From: Fistulifera solaris
Lineage: Eukaryota
Assembly (NCBI GenBank): GCA_030295235.1
Contig: AP026172.1
Location: 558,001-622,000 of the forward strand
DNA length: 64,000 nucleotides
Direction: 5' to 3'
The notes below the pieces were generated by a model, which was not told where the DNA came from, did not search any database, and worked only from the letters and a program-made list of their open reading frames with translations. The position numbers and the translations under genes were made by a program. This document shows, one piece after another, positions 36,445 to 48,610 of this stretch (positions are counted from its first letter, which is position 1; the number at the start of each line of letters is the position of its first letter).

Positions 36445-38010
36445 TCATCGCCGCGCTGCAAGTTTGTCGAAATTCTCCGCTCCCATCAATTCTTTGAACC
36501 GCTTTAACATTTCTTCGCGTGATGCTGGCTGGTTATTACTTTGCTGTAATAGAAGTGCTGCGGCTTTATAGCACGCTTGCAAAGCTTGTGTTTCTTGGTC
36601 CGGTGTCTCTGCATGTTGAATAGCGAGTCGAAACGACTCGACTGCTTCTTTCCATTTTCCTCGACTAGCTTGAGCTCCACCTAAACTGTAGCGAGGAGCA
36701 AATCGCTCTGGACTTTGTTCTAAGGCTTTATTGTAAAAATGAATTTCGGAATCTTTTCCTTCATGCAGAACGCCCAAGTTTGTGAATGCCACAGATTTAT
36801 CAATTGTGCTAGCCTCCGGCGTTTGTATGATTTTTTGGTACAGACCTTCCTGTTCTTTTTCATTGCCAGGGCCACGCAGCTCGTACGCTTCCGCGAGAAG
36901 GTTCATAGCGGACACGTCGGAAGCATCCACTTGCAAGCATATTTTCATGCAAGCAATGACCTTTTCAATGTCGCGATTTTTGTAGTGCAGGCAGCCCAAT
37001 GGGTAGGCAACTGATCCTGATAGTGGATGAACATTATCTTGGCAATACTCGAGCACTTGGATAGCTTTCTCGGGATTTCCTTGTTTCTCTAACCCAGAAG
37101 CCCATAAATTGTACGAACCTTCAAAAGTAGGGTTGATTTGAACTGCAGCTTCCAGCATCTTCATATCATCTGGATCTTGCAAAAGTTGTCGAACAATCTC
37201 TGCCTTGTCTTGATGCATGCAGAAGCCTCCGATGATATACCGTTCTCCGGCTTCTACCGCATGACCGGCATGCTTCAATCCACCCGGACGCACAGTCACT
37301 TGACCAGCTTTCATTTTCAAGATACTGTTGTCGACGTTGATGCCTTCTATCCAAGTACCTCCGCCTTCAAAGTCCTCATTCAATGCAATGGTGAATGACA
37401 AACATCCCGAGTCGGTATGAATGTCCGTTCTACGGCCTGTCTCTGGAGTATAGCGAAACAAATAAGCGGAATCGACGCAAAGCCGAGCAGCATCCTTACA
37501 AAAGTCGGGAAATTGTTGCGCCAAAAGAGGAAACAAGCGTTGGGCGCACGTTTTCACAAACCAGTCGTAGACCGCCGGTACATCTTTGATCCAAAATCCG
37601 GTCACAGGATATTGCCCTGATTTCAACTCTTTCCACTGACCGCCGTTTGTTTCTAGGAAATGCCGATTGGCCATATCGATCACGGAAGCGCACTCTTCGG
37701 GAGAAAAGACATCCGTAACATACACGCGCCGTGACAAGATGTCGGGAAAGTCAGGAAGTGAGCCAGGTGCATCAATATTGTATTCTTGAAACTGCTGTTC
37801 ACCCGAGGTCACTTCATCTACCACGACTTTGTGTGTCGGATAATTGGTGAGCGCTTGCTCTACGGCTTGTTTGTGTCGTTGAATGGCCAGTTTCCGGGCT
37901 TCGTCCAGAACGGACGGAGTGATTGTGAAAAGATCTGCAAGTGTATCGACAGATGCTTTCACCCAGGCCGCATAACCGCCCACGAATATCAAAAGCGATA
38001 GCAAATTCAT
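36445..38010 (-). CDS. Secretory-pathway 2OG-Fe(II) dioxygenase (prolyl/lysyl hydroxylase-like) with C-terminal TPRs
   Basis: Signal peptide; IHTDSG (HxD), FEGGGT, HAGHAV (distal His), ERYII; TPR-like helices. Confidence 0.85.
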   Translation of the reverse strand: MNLLSLLIFVGGYAAWVKASVDTLADLFTITPSVLDEARKLAIQRHKQAVEQALTNYPTHKVVVDEVTSGEQQFQEYNIDAPGSLPDFPDILSRRVYVTDVFSPEECASVIDMANRHFLETNGGQWKELKSGQYPVTGFWIKDVPAVYDWFVKTCAQRLFPLLAQQFPDFCKDAARLCVDSAYLFRYTPETGRRTDIHTDSGCLSFTIALNEDFEGGGTWIEGINVDNSILKMKAGQVTVRPGGLKHAGHAVEAGERYIIGGFCMHQDKAEIVRQLLQDPDDMKMLEAAVQINPTFEGSYNLWASGLEKQGNPEKAIQVLEYCQDNVHPLSGSVAYPLGCLHYKNRDIEKVIACMKICLQVDASDVSAMNLLAEAYELRGPGNEKEQEGLYQKIIQTPEASTIDKSVAFTNLGVLHEGKDSEIHFYNKALEQSPERFAPRYSLGGAQASRGKWKEAVESFRLAIQHAETPDQETQALQACYKAAALLLQQSNNQPASREEMLKRFKELMGAENFDKLAARR

Positions 38011-38327
38011 GAAAGATTAAAAGCACGTCAAGGTAGAGCAGCTCCAATTGGGATTGCCGACCAATATCTTTTCATGAATGGATGTTTATGATGTTGAAGA
38101 AAGAATAAAAGCGGAATCCCTAAAAAAATTGGCAAAATGTTTTTGAAATCCAACTTGGGTTACCAGTAAGGACTTTTATACGTCCTTAACTTGGGTACCT
38201 TGGGACTTGGGATGACATACGTACAGACGGTCACTTCGCGTGCGAGCGAGAGGTGCGCGATTTTTGCTTGATGCGATGATCTCGCAGTTTCATTTCGCCC
38301 ATTTTCATTCATCCTGATCCTCCAATC

Positions 38328-39112
38328 ATGATACGAAACCGCAACAATTCTTGGATACAAAATGCACTGACATGGCTACGACTCCTGTTCGTTTTACTGG
38401 TCCCTGAAGTCGTCAACTGCTTTCGTCCCTATTCCTCTTATCGATTCGCCCCCAACGGGGTCTGCATCTCACCCAAACATTTCGTTGACGTCAATGACAG
38501 CGCAAACACCTTCGTTATGCGATCGGTACCCGGTGAGGGCGATTGCATGTTTCTAGCGGTAGCCTTGGCGACTTTGACGAGTATGGGATTGGGTGGCAAT
38601 GACACTTTGTTGAGGGCCATTTCTCGTGAAACTCGGGATGTTGTGGCCACCGTGTTGGAACTTCCTTCAGGGCATCTTGTCATTGAAGGAAAAAGGCTGG
38701 TCACAACGCAAGCATTGTTGCGGTCCGCCGCGAAAGGTGAAGGTCTTTCTACGGAAGAATATCTCACGCAATTACGGAAAGAAGGGATCGAGGGTGGTCT
38801 CTACGGGGAGGTCCTGAGCTAACAGTTTTAGCAAATGTGTTACGGAGACCTATTAGTATTTATGAAATTGACTCCGATGGAATACAACAAGCTGGAGAGC
38901 AAGGGAAAGAAAAAGATGTCGCTTTCGTAAGGAGAATGGGTGTCTTTGGGAAAAACGTCTTCCAGGATCCTTTGGAAGCGCTTCCCGAGTCAGCCATCCT
39001 GTCACACCCATGGGTGACAAACGGAGCATATAGTTGGCATTTACATATTCTTGTTGTCGATACAAGTCGGGGAGAGAAGCATGCATGTGTCTTGCTTCCT
39101 CAAAAACTATGA
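38328..39112 (+). CDS. OTU-like cysteine protease with N-terminal signal (frameshift in G run near 38805)
   Basis: VPGEGDCMFLAVA catalytic loop; the repaired frame gives YGGGPELTVLANVLRRPISIYE; C-terminal EKHACVL. Confidence 0.75.
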
Positions 39113-39296
39113 TCGTAGCTTTCCGATTGTTTAGACGCGAATTCGTTAGTACGTAGTACCGGTACTATGATGGTTGTGAAAACCATCTTCTCAATCGAAG
39201 CGGTACCCATTTTTGCTGATGCCATTCAAGTTTTTCGGCAAGCGAACTGCACAAAAGCTGCTGGCGTTTTAACAATACCCACAAACGACAAGAATT

Positions 39297-39680
39297 ATGT
39301 CCAAAGAATCGAGTTCTTTTCTACAGCAAATTGCTGGGGCACTCGGAGCAACAGGTGTCGGTTTGGGCGCAATTGGCGCTCATGCGTTGCGGAAGAAATT
39401 GGAACAACGTGGAATGACGGCCGCTTGGAATACAGCGATTCTCTACCAGCTTTTTCATTCAGCAGCGCTCGTCGGTGTTGCAGCTCTCGCTAAAGGTAGT
39501 GCACATGAGAAACAGCTTACCCGGGCTGGAGAAGTCATGGCGGTGGGAAGTCTTTTGTTTTCGGGGTCAATCTACATGCTGTGCTTCGAAATAGGCCCTA
39601 AATACATAGTCGGTCCTACTACTCCTATTGGTGGATTCTTTATGATCGGAGGTTGGATTATGCTTGGCTTGGCGGTTTAG
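39297..39680 (+). CDS. TMEM256: DUF423/TMEM256 membrane protein
   Basis: GLGAIGAHAL, WNTAILYQLFHS, LFSGSIY, GPTTPIGG. Confidence 0.93.
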   Translation: MSKESSSFLQQIAGALGATGVGLGAIGAHALRKKLEQRGMTAAWNTAILYQLFHSAALVGVAALAKGSAHEKQLTRAGEVMAVGSLLFSGSIYMLCFEIGPKYIVGPTTPIGGFFMIGGWIMLGLAV

Positions 39681-39766
39681 TTTTCGTGCTTCTGCCGTTT
39701 TTTGCTCGCTTGCCTCCGGCTGTCAAAAGTTAATCTAAAATCATTTATAAGCACACCAACCCATTT

Positions 39767-40792
39767 CTAGTCTTTAGAGTTCTCCATTTTTGATTGGTAA
39801 TACTTTTCAAGCGTAGCATGATGGTGTCTGACTTTGGTTCCCACTTTCTTAAGCTTTTCGTTGAGAATTGCATCCAGTACTAACTCCATCACAGGAAAAG
39901 CTAAAGCTGCCAACAACGCCAGTATAGCTTCCAAGACGACCACTGTAACATAATTCCAGAAGAGACCACGGAACCATAATGCAGCCAGCATAGACACAAT
40001 CGCCATACCAGCATAGACCAAAGGATTTTTCGGCAAAGACGAGCTGTTGTATGTAAACATGAAAATGACCAAGGACTCTCCCAAAAAGAATACCCAGGAG
40101 GATCGAGGTGAATTGTGCATCAGCATCAAGCCTGCTGCTATCGCCAAGGGTGATAGCACATCAGTAGGAGAGCCGCCAGCTTGTCGTATACTTTGCACGA
40201 TACGAAAGGCAATGTACGCCAGGAATGCCAGTGCAGGATACATCGTCCATCGATAACGAACTAGAAACACCGAAACGGAACCCATCATCACTGTTACAAT
40301 GAAAAGGAAAATTTTTATTGAGGATCCCGATAAATGTCGAGTGAAACGAACAAAACTTTATCGAAGAAACGTACTCGTTCGGACGGTTAATTGAAGTAAA
40401 AACGCAATCACCATCCCTGCGATTTCTTGAACTATGCCCTGCGCCGTTGTTGGTGCCGATTCCTTCTCTTCGTCTGTATCATTATGTTCGTGTTCTTCTT
40501 CATCATCATCCAGATCGATCCCCAGTATGTCGTATTGCTTTCTAAGTTTAGGATTTGTGAGAACTTTTTGCGCCCGATTTAGAACGCGGAACGTCTCATC
40601 ATCTCCACCTGGTTTGTCCGGATGGTGCTTCAGAGATAGTTTGCGGTAATTCTTCTTAATTAAATCCTCATCAATGACGGTCTCGTCAGGGTTCTCTTTC
40701 GACGGAACTCCTTTTGGTATGTTCAGGTACGTGTAGTATCCGTCAGGAGCCAGCAACCTGACAATAGCTTCAGAAGATTGGTATGGCGCCAT
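39767..40792 (-). CDS. DnaJ-domain multi-pass membrane protein (intron 40291..40374)
   Basis: [16 protein letters not shown]...RKQYD J-domain. A GTACGT..ACAG intron joins it in frame to the hydrophobic ORF 39767..40291. Confidence 0.9.
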
Positions 40793-41179
40793 TTTCGCAA
40801 TAATCGACTTTACAAGTTAGAAAGATGCTGCTGTTTCACAAGTCAACTGCAATAAAAAAGAGTACCAGTACCAGGTAAAGGAAGGAGAGTGAGAAGGACT
40901 AGAGGCGAAAATCAACGAGGTTTAACGCGCACGACGTCCGACGACGGAAGGAAAAGCTATCATTCGTCATCCGTAGGGTTAAAGAGTACCGGGACTATAA
41001 AAGACAACAATGATTCAATTCACTCTCGTAACGCAGGAAGATTAAACTATTATACCAGGTATGTTTTGTCATCACTTGTGTGCACGAAAAAGTCTGATGG
41101 AGAGGTCCTCTAACGTTGAATCCATTTCTTACTTTAAAATATTTTGCTATGCGGTTGTTGCTATTTCTCCGATACAAAA

Positions 41180-41582
41180 TCAATTTTTGTTTGATTTATA
41201 CTCGCGTCGAGCAGAAGTTGGCAAGTTCCATGCAAGCCAATTGTTAAGTCGACGACGAAATCCGTTTAGTTTCTTGACTTGTGGCATATCTTCTTCGTAG
41301 GTGAGCTTCAATTTGCCCCTGTCGGTGGCACACTGCAGACTAGGCTCGTCGTCTTCTTCATCTACCGTCTGCACGAGATGAAAATCTAAATGCTCAATCT
41401 CTTTATCCTCATAGAGAGTAGGAAGCGTCGTTTTGAGAAACTGGGCGCACAGGACGTGCGATTAGGTCGAACTGGGTTCGTCGGCGATAGTTCATGATGC
41501 CGTTGTTCTTGACGACGACGGAACGTTTCGACATCAAAGAAGAGTTGGCGATCAATAAGTTGCGTTGCCCGGGTTTCATCAT
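41180..41582 (-). CDS. Small hypothetical protein (probable frameshift near 41440)
   Basis: ORFs 41409..41591 and 41180..41374 join with a single indel. No motif. Confidence 0.35.
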
Positions 41583-42042
41583 GGTGAGCAAAAGGTTCGA
41601 TTGATAAGTTCACAATGACTTTCTTGATTTTATTTGTGAGATTGAAATTGTGGTGCCAAGAGGATGATTTTTTTGTTGGTTCGTGAAAGAGATCAGTTTT
41701 CGCGAGGTTTTCGCGGAGAGGAACCGAACAGTTTTCATTTTTCAGTGGGAGTCCCTGTACACTATTTCCGTTTTCACGTTCTTAAAGTAACATTCTTGTA
41801 CATGCTATCACATAGTGGAACGTTCGGCAACAGAAAAAGACTTTGAGAACGGCTTCGTACTATTAAAACTTCACCCGTCTCCTGTCCTCTCCGCGCAATA
41901 ACAACGAAAACTTCACCCCAAAAAACGTTTTTTCCTATCACGGAACGAAATAACGAAGTAAAAATGATCCTCTTCTCCTCACAATTTGGTTCTCGCAAAA
42001 ATCAGACGCTTGCATCAAATACCGACTTATCAGCATCTTGAC

Positions 42043-42499
42043 ATGATCCACAACGCTCCCACTTTGATTCGCCCTGGCCATGTGCGGCCTCCGATCGACG
42101 TAATTCGCCGTCGTGGCCACAAGAGATCCAGCGCACTTTCTGACTTCTCCACGGTCCTATCGATTGTAATCCCAAATGAAGCCAAAACTCACCGCCGATC
42201 GCATATCACCGACTGGAGTAGCTTATTGAAGCGTCTCTATCACGGCAAGAACGTGCGTGAGCATCGTCGATCGAATGCCTTGACAGGGGACGAGTTTATG
42301 GAGATATTATGGGTGTGTGATGAGCTACGTGGACCTTCGCAACCGCCTCGTGGTCAACGAATCTGTGTTTGGAATCCATCTGCATGGGAAAAGTGTGATG
42401 CCTTCGACAACGAACTTTGATACAGTTATCGTGAAAATTCAAAAGAAAGACACAGTGATCTGTGCATCTCTGTCTTTTGCCATTTTTGTGGTGGTTTAG
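42043..42499 (+). CDS. Small hypothetical protein
   Basis: Open frame from the ATG at 42043 with repeated H(K/R)R(S/R)S-like segments. The 3' end is uncertain (42420 or 42499). Confidence 0.3.
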
Positions 42500-42840
42500 A
42501 TTCCAGAAGCCACAACTATCTCTGTTCCATGCATGAAAGCTCCTATGTCTAAACATGGAAGTAGTCGAGAAATTAAAGTGTAGAATGATAAGTTAAGCGA
42601 AACGAAATTTCAATATGATTTAATGCGTGGAATCCGTCAATATCGACAGGCTACAGTCGCAAATCTTATTTCAATGAAACAAGTTTTATTTGGTACGGAG
42701 TTTTAGTTTTCAGTTACCGAGCAAACTTCTCTTGCGAAAATATGATCTGATAGTGACTTCGCTTGCATTATTGAAAAGAAAGGCAAATGCTTACAAAATC
42801 GGAGAAAAACGTCATGGCTTGTGCTTTCGTTTCTTCAATG

Positions 42841-43490
42841 CTACAGTGCATAGTATGGATCCACCATTTCCGCACCAAATCCAAGGCGCTCTCGTCTTTC
42901 TCTTTCCGACAATCGTCGTGGTCTGCTATTGTAGCGTGCGTATTCATCGGGAAGAGCGACAGTTGACGTCGAGATAGGTTCCCAATCCAACGTCAAGCCA
43001 AATCGTGGGGTGTAGGGATGATCGCCAATAGTCAGAGCGTATTCACGGATTTCCATCCTCTTGCTAAACACGATTTTTTGAGGCCGATAAGGACAAGAAA
43101 CTCGCTTCTTTGCAGCGTACGGCACATATAATTTTCCTTCTTCGTCAGATGACTCGTCGCTGGTATTGTTGAGTTCAACAAGATCTGGTCTTTCGAATAA
43201 ATGCAAAAAATCGGAAGACAAGGTAGGAAAGGTCGTCAAAAGGAATCATCGCTGTAGTCGACGCACGGGAAGTCCGCCCATCCGAACGCTATTAACTTGG
43301 CGGATGGTTCGATCGTGATCGTGCTGCCACCCGTTTGTATAACGGGAAGGTATTTGCGTTTGTAAATCGTTTTGTGGGATTGTCCTCCATCATCTTCAAG
43401 ACGATTGTTTATGCAATGATTGATGTCGGGAGGCGACTCAATTAAAGGAAAGTCGCCCCAACCAAAAGAGACGGTCTGTTGGGATTCCAT
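42841..43490 (-). CDS. Diatom-type hypothetical protein (VxF..IREY..TIGDHP..LTLDWE family; frameshift near 43238)
   Basis: KIVFSKRMEIREYALTIGDHP..GLTLDWE..RRLSERERRERL; the N-terminal part has FGWxDFP twice. Confidence 0.65.
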
Positions 43491-43908
43491 TTGCTAAGGT
43501 GAGCTTTTTTGTGGGAAAGAAGAGTTAAAACTGCCATACTTGCTTTCTCTGTTTGAATTGATGATAAATACTCCGAGGTCTTCGGTGTCAGTCCCATAAA
43601 TTTGAGAACAATTTCATTGCGAACGGCCACGCGGTCAATCCCACGAGAATTTTATTTCGTTTTCCACGCGCAACAACTTTCGAGGCGTTTGAAACTTTGA
43701 GAGTTCCAAAGAATGTGCTACGCGCGGACTATCGTGGATAATGTTTACTTCCGAGGATTCAGACAGGAGAACCGGTACTCACAATTCATAGCAGCAGAAA
43801 ATTGCCACAATAAGCACGAGGCTCGGTAGGGTTACCGGTTACCTTTTAGCTCATACCACATACCACATCTTACATCGCTTGAAATTTGAAACTAAACTAA
43901 TATGCCTT

Positions 43909-45360
43909 TTATTTTTCTTCCTGTCCACTGTTTTTATCACTCGATAGAGAACCCTCTTTGGTGAAAACCATGCTCGGCTCGGATCTTCGGAGCAGTTTGT
44001 TTCGAAAAGCCTTCAGTTTTTTCTTGATAACACTCATTTTACTGGGTGTCTTTTTAGACGGATCCAATTCTTCTTGGACACTCTGACTAGCCTTTCGAAT
44101 CAACAAACTCATAGTAGAACCAATTACAAAAGCATAAAGAGTACATGTGAGGGAGAGGACGTTAAAAGGCATACTGAGATCCGGTAGCGGTGGTAAAAGT
44201 AAAACTGTATTCGAAGATACAGTGCCCTCGCTAAAGTCTACCCAGACAGGTGGGAGTTCAATGCCTCTATTCGGATCCCCGGGTATTGAATCAAGTGACC
44301 AAAAGCGCGGATCGAATTGTAGTGAAACAGAAAAAGACTCATTCCAGCCGTACGTCAAATGAACGCCATCTTCGGCAAATACAATGTCATGGGTAAGTAA
44401 CTCGTCCCATCGCAACATCCTACCCGATTCGGTTTGCACCTTTAGCGATGCCCAGCGCGGTTTGAGTACTGGAGGTAAATGCTGATGGACTACCGTGGGA
44501 GTACTGGTGTCGATCCGAGTAAGGAGTGTACCCGTGTGAGCCATTGCTGTGTAAAGGTGATAATCAACAAGCACTGAAGTCTCGTCATCGTCATGTGGTG
44601 TAGGAGAGACGGCCTTCCGAAAAAGCGAATATTCGATAGATATGGAAGAGCGCAGAAGACAAGTTGTCTCGTGCTTTGCTTCACAAAGATCTGAATTCCA
44701 TTCAATATTCGGATCCGATGCCGAAACCAGCTCCATCTGGATCGGATCTGCCAAAACTGGTCGGTTCACTGGAACGGGAATGAGATCTTTGAACGTTGGC
44801 AGTCTGCTACTCTGAACAATATACTGCAAGCCTCTTTCAATGTAATCTCCTTCTATTTCTATCCATAGGCGGTGCCGTGATGTTGTTTCCAGTAACCAGT
44901 TCGAATCGGTCATCCAATCATCACGCAACGCCTCCACAGAAACAGCGGCACTTCCTTCTGTAGGTAACACGATCGACCAATCTCCATCTTTCTCGTGTGC
45001 GTAACGGTGTAAGCGCTTGGTTCGTGTATTGGTCGATGTCAGCAACAAACGATGTTGAAGCACCAGCTGTTGAAACAAATGTTCCGGGGTAGTACTATTG
45101 GCAATAGTTACGGTTACTCCAGGATGAGAGCGAACAGCCCAATCTGAAGGACTGAGCGAATGAAAAGGATCAAAGGGAAAATAAGTCTGTGCCTCAGAAG
45201 ATGCCTGCATGAATACACGATCTGCGGATTGTTGTTGCAGCAGCCGACGAAGGTCATGAGGGAGTCGCTCTCGTGTGACGATACGAACGTGCCAGTCGAC
45301 GCTCCCATCATCGACAGCTACTGGAGCCAACCATATCCTATGTTCTTTTGTTTGAAACAT
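43909..45360 (-). CDS. PIGT: GPI transamidase subunit PIG-T/Gpi16-like (5' end uncertain)
   Basis: PGDPNRGIELPP and LLLPPLPDLSMPFNVLSLTCT match the PIG-T C-terminal signature, followed by a TM and a basic tail. Confidence 0.75.
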   Translation of the reverse strand: MFQTKEHRIWLAPVAVDDGSVDWHVRIVTRERLPHDLRRLLQQQSADRVFMQASSEAQTYFPFDPFHSLSPSDWAVRSHPGVTVTIANSTTPEHLFQQLVLQHRLLLTSTNTRTKRLHRYAHEKDGDWSIVLPTEGSAAVSVEALRDDWMTDSNWLLETTSRHRLWIEIEGDYIERGLQYIVQSSRLPTFKDLIPVPVNRPVLADPIQMELVSASDPNIEWNSDLCEAKHETTCLLRSSISIEYSLFRKAVSPTPHDDDETSVLVDYHLYTAMAHTGTLLTRIDTSTPTVVHQHLPPVLKPRWASLKVQTESGRMLRWDELLTHDIVFAEDGVHLTYGWNESFSVSLQFDPRFWSLDSIPGDPNRGIELPPVWVDFSEGTVSSNTVLLLPPLPDLSMPFNVLSLTCTLYAFVIGSTMSLLIRKASQSVQEELDPSKKTPSKMSVIKKKLKAFRNKLLRRSEPSMVFTKEGSLSSDKNSGQEEK

Positions 45361-45801
45361 CTCGGACGAGGTTTGCAGAAATCAGCTTTTGAATAATGAC
45401 AGCCACGCAACTTTTCAGTTCAAAATTTTTTTTCGATGTTAGCTGCGCGATGGATTTTGCTGCAGCTTCTGGTTACTAAAGTTGAGGTTACGGATTATTT
45501 TGGATGTCAATATTTTAGTACCGCGAACGGGAAGTTTACGATCTTTAGATAGCAAGCACGTTCCTCTTCTGTCACACTAGTACTTCGTATTTGTTCCCCC
45601 ATCACAGTAAACTTCAACTTGAAAGCGCACACACATCGACGACCATGACGCGATGAAGATACTGGTTTGAAATGCGCATTACCTGGTACTATTGATACGC
45701 ATTCGTCCTTCGTGGACTAGACTCAACGTTTTCAATCCGGTATTTTCCCTTGCTAAATCTAAGTCGACGAAGTACGACAAGACGTCTCTTGAAATTGTAA
45801 A

Positions 45802-46878
45802 ATGACTTTCAGCTTTTTCCTTTTCGCCCTCTCATTCTTCGTGAGCCTCATCCCCCAGGCAGAATCATTTGTAATCCATCAATTCTCGAGGTCTTCTTCT
45901 CGACTATTCGCTGGTAGGCCGACCGAGCTTCCTGACTCATTAGAAGATGCTGCCGTCCGAGCTGCGGAGGCCTCGGCATTATTTGCCGACCAAATGGGCA
46001 GCTTGGGCCGATGCCGGGTCGATTTTGACACATCGGTCGGCGACGAGACCTATACTTTGCTCAAATCAAGCACCGAATTCATGCAGAATTATGTTTCGGC
46101 CTTGTGTTACTCCATGATTCCGGGACTGCAAGAACAACGTCAAGCGGAAATGATGCGTGTGGTGGAGGCTCGCGCCGAACTCAAGTCGATGGAGAATGCG
46201 GAGGACGCTGAACGTGAAGAAGAGTTGGTCCAAATAATAGCAGCAAATGGGCGAGATAAAAATGAGAAGTGGGAAGGACCCAAAGCACGAATCTACTTTC
46301 CTGATGAAGGAAATGCTGCCTTGGCTCGGCGTGATTGGCTCGGTAGTGGACCTAAGCCGGGTGCCGCAAAAGTCCCGCCCTGCGTGGAGTTTAGTTCATG
46401 TGGTGGCGTACAAAGAGTCAATGATGTTTCGAACGATATGCTGGTCTTCTTCTTTTGCCCGAAGGCTTCGGAATCGGATTCGGTAGAAAAAATATTGCAA
46501 CGCTCGGAGGCTGAATCAAGCTGTCTCAAGCTCACTGTGTTTGTCAACCCCAGTCTCGTTGACATGGGTGTCACCGGGTTTGGAATGGCCGGCCGCATGT
46601 TGCGGGAGCGACTCATCGATCCCCTCCAAACAACTTACTATTTGCGTACGTTGGCTTGGGGCGCGTTGACGCGACAGTATCCGGACGCCTTCTCGGTATG
46701 GCAGGAAGACGAGGGCGCGGATGGAGGCTACCGGCTGATCAAAACGATGGATCGCCTTCCGTCTAATCCGGAAGTGGAAGATATCTATGACATTGAGAAC
46801 GGTTCAAAGAGCGAAAGGTCGAGTGGTGGGTTCTTAGATCAACTAGGTGATTTTGTTCAGGGTATGACTCGACTGTAA
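45802..46878 (+). CDS. Plastid-targeted DUF1995 (LPA3-like) protein
   Basis: AES|FVI presequence; [33 protein letters not shown]...GYRLI. Confidence 0.75.
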   Translation: MTFSFFLFALSFFVSLIPQAESFVIHQFSRSSSRLFAGRPTELPDSLEDAAVRAAEASALFADQMGSLGRCRVDFDTSVGDETYTLLKSSTEFMQNYVSALCYSMIPGLQEQRQAEMMRVVEARAELKSMENAEDAEREEELVQIIAANGRDKNEKWEGPKARIYFPDEGNAALARRDWLGSGPKPGAAKVPPCVEFSSCGGVQRVNDVSNDMLVFFFCPKASESDSVEKILQRSEAESSCLKLTVFVNPSLVDMGVTGFGMAGRMLRERLIDPLQTTYYLRTLAWGALTRQYPDAFSVWQEDEGADGGYRLIKTMDRLPSNPEVEDIYDIENGSKSERSSGGFLDQLGDFVQGMTRL

Positions 46879-47166
46879 AGAACAATTTGCTATAAATTTA
46901 TTTTGGAACGCATCGATAATGCTTGTAGTCCTAAAGACTTAAATATTGTAAGTTCTTACCAAGAGCAGCCGGTGCGATCAAGGTTAAGCTCTATCGAAAA
47001 GCTAGCAAGAGGCTAATAATGATCAAGTAGGGCTTGAAGTTCTAGTCAAAGGCCCCTTCAGGCCGTTAGCGTTCGCGTACAGTCAAAAGCCTAAACAATT
47101 GGATGTCCCTCATTTTTCGAAGGAAAAAAGATCAACCAAGCATTTCATAAAAAGAAAGTTGGCAGC

Positions 47167-48610
47167 ATGTTCATATTGACTATTTTCTTCGGGCTAGTAT
47201 GTGCCAACCAGGGAAATGATGATCTGGTGGTGGTGGGCCTTACTTTCCTTGCGGAGTCCACTGACCCATCCGAAGGAAGCTCTGCTTGAGCATTGACAAG
47301 CCATGGTATTGCTGAAAAGCTCTTCACCGTAGACAAAAACGGCAATATAGTTGGCAAGTTGGCAACGTCTGTTGCCAAGGTCAGTGAATTTGTCTGGGAA
47401 GTCACCATTCAACCTGATAGCAAGTTCTCTGATGGTATGCCAGTCTCAACCGAGGCCGTAGCCTTTTCACTGATGGAACAAAATAACAAGAATCCTGGCG
47501 CGCAGCCATCATCAGGAACCATGACAGTGGTGGCTTTGGATGATACGACTGCGAGGATTGAGTCAGAACGCCCAACTCACATGATGGATGCCGAACTTGG
47601 GGAGTGGGCATTTGTTATCTACTCCAAGCCTCGGACAGAAACTTTGTATTCACTGGGCAGTTTGCCATTGCTTTCGAAGCGGAGCAAATTCACTTAGTAC
47701 CCAACCAGTACTATGTCAGCGCAACAGGGCGCCCCAGTGTGTTGATTAAAAAGTTTGAAGATGGGCATGGTTTGGCAAAAGCTTTGCATTTCAATTACCC
47801 ATGGACACGCTTCCATATCTGAGAAAGGAGACGGGTGCCCGCATCAAGTCATTTGAAGTGGGTTACCACTACATGATGTTTTACAATATAGAGACGTTGA
47901 AAGATGTGTGTATTTGGAGGGTCATTGACCTGGCTGTTGATCGCAATACAGTGTCCCAGGCTCTTGCTGGAGGGAAAGGCACCCGCAGCCTCTTCCCGAT
48001 AATTTGCTGTTCTTCTCTGATGATTCGGAAGAGGGTGGCGACCCTAATGCGGCTTCCAAAGTGCTTGAAGAAGCAGGATGGGCACTGAATACAAGTGGCA
48101 AGCGCGCCAAGGATGGCAAGGACCTGACTGTTCAACTCGTAGCTTTTCCACATCGTCCAGGACTCCTGATTCCACAAAAGGTGATTGCAGAGACTTTGAC
48201 AGCTTTGGATATATCTGTCACAACAATCATAACTGGTCAGAATTGGTCCAAGACGGAGTAGATCATTTGCTTTTGTGAGCTCAACACACATTGCCCGCCG
48301 TTGGCCCCTTGTGGTTCCTCACTACATTCTTTCACGGTGACGGAAGTAACAACCATGCGCACATCAACTCAACTACCGAAGACCTCTACGTGGACATGCT
48401 CTCTCATAGCAAAGGACACGATGAACATGTGGTGTTGAGTCAGACAATGCAAGATTTCATCCTCAAGGGCTAAAGGAAATACCGGTAAGCAGCCTCATGA
48501 CGCCTTTTTTGGCATGTGGGGCTTAGTGAACGTGCAGCTGATTACGAGCCTTGGGGTTCTGATTACAACGTGATCCGGTCCGATCTGTCGGTTGCACCCA
48601 GAGAAATGAC
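47167..48610 (+). pseudogene. Decayed bacterial-type ABC solute-binding protein family 5 (nickel/peptide-like)
   Basis: Signal peptide, then GIAEKLFTVD..GKLA..WEVTIQPDSKFSDG, FTGQFAI, VIDLAVDR, LEEAGW..KDGKDL. In-frame TGA at 47287, further stops at 48259 and 48471, and several frameshifts. Confidence 0.8.

Noticed and set aside
47287..47289. In-frame TGA as selenocysteine or a Trp recoding
   Set aside because: The same gene has other stops and frameshifts, and TGA is a normal stop in many intact genes in this window.
30003..48610. Urea-cycle/nickel link between ASS1 and the nickel-like binding pseudogene
   Set aside because: They are 16 kb apart, the ligand is unknown and there is no urease gene; no supporting evidence.
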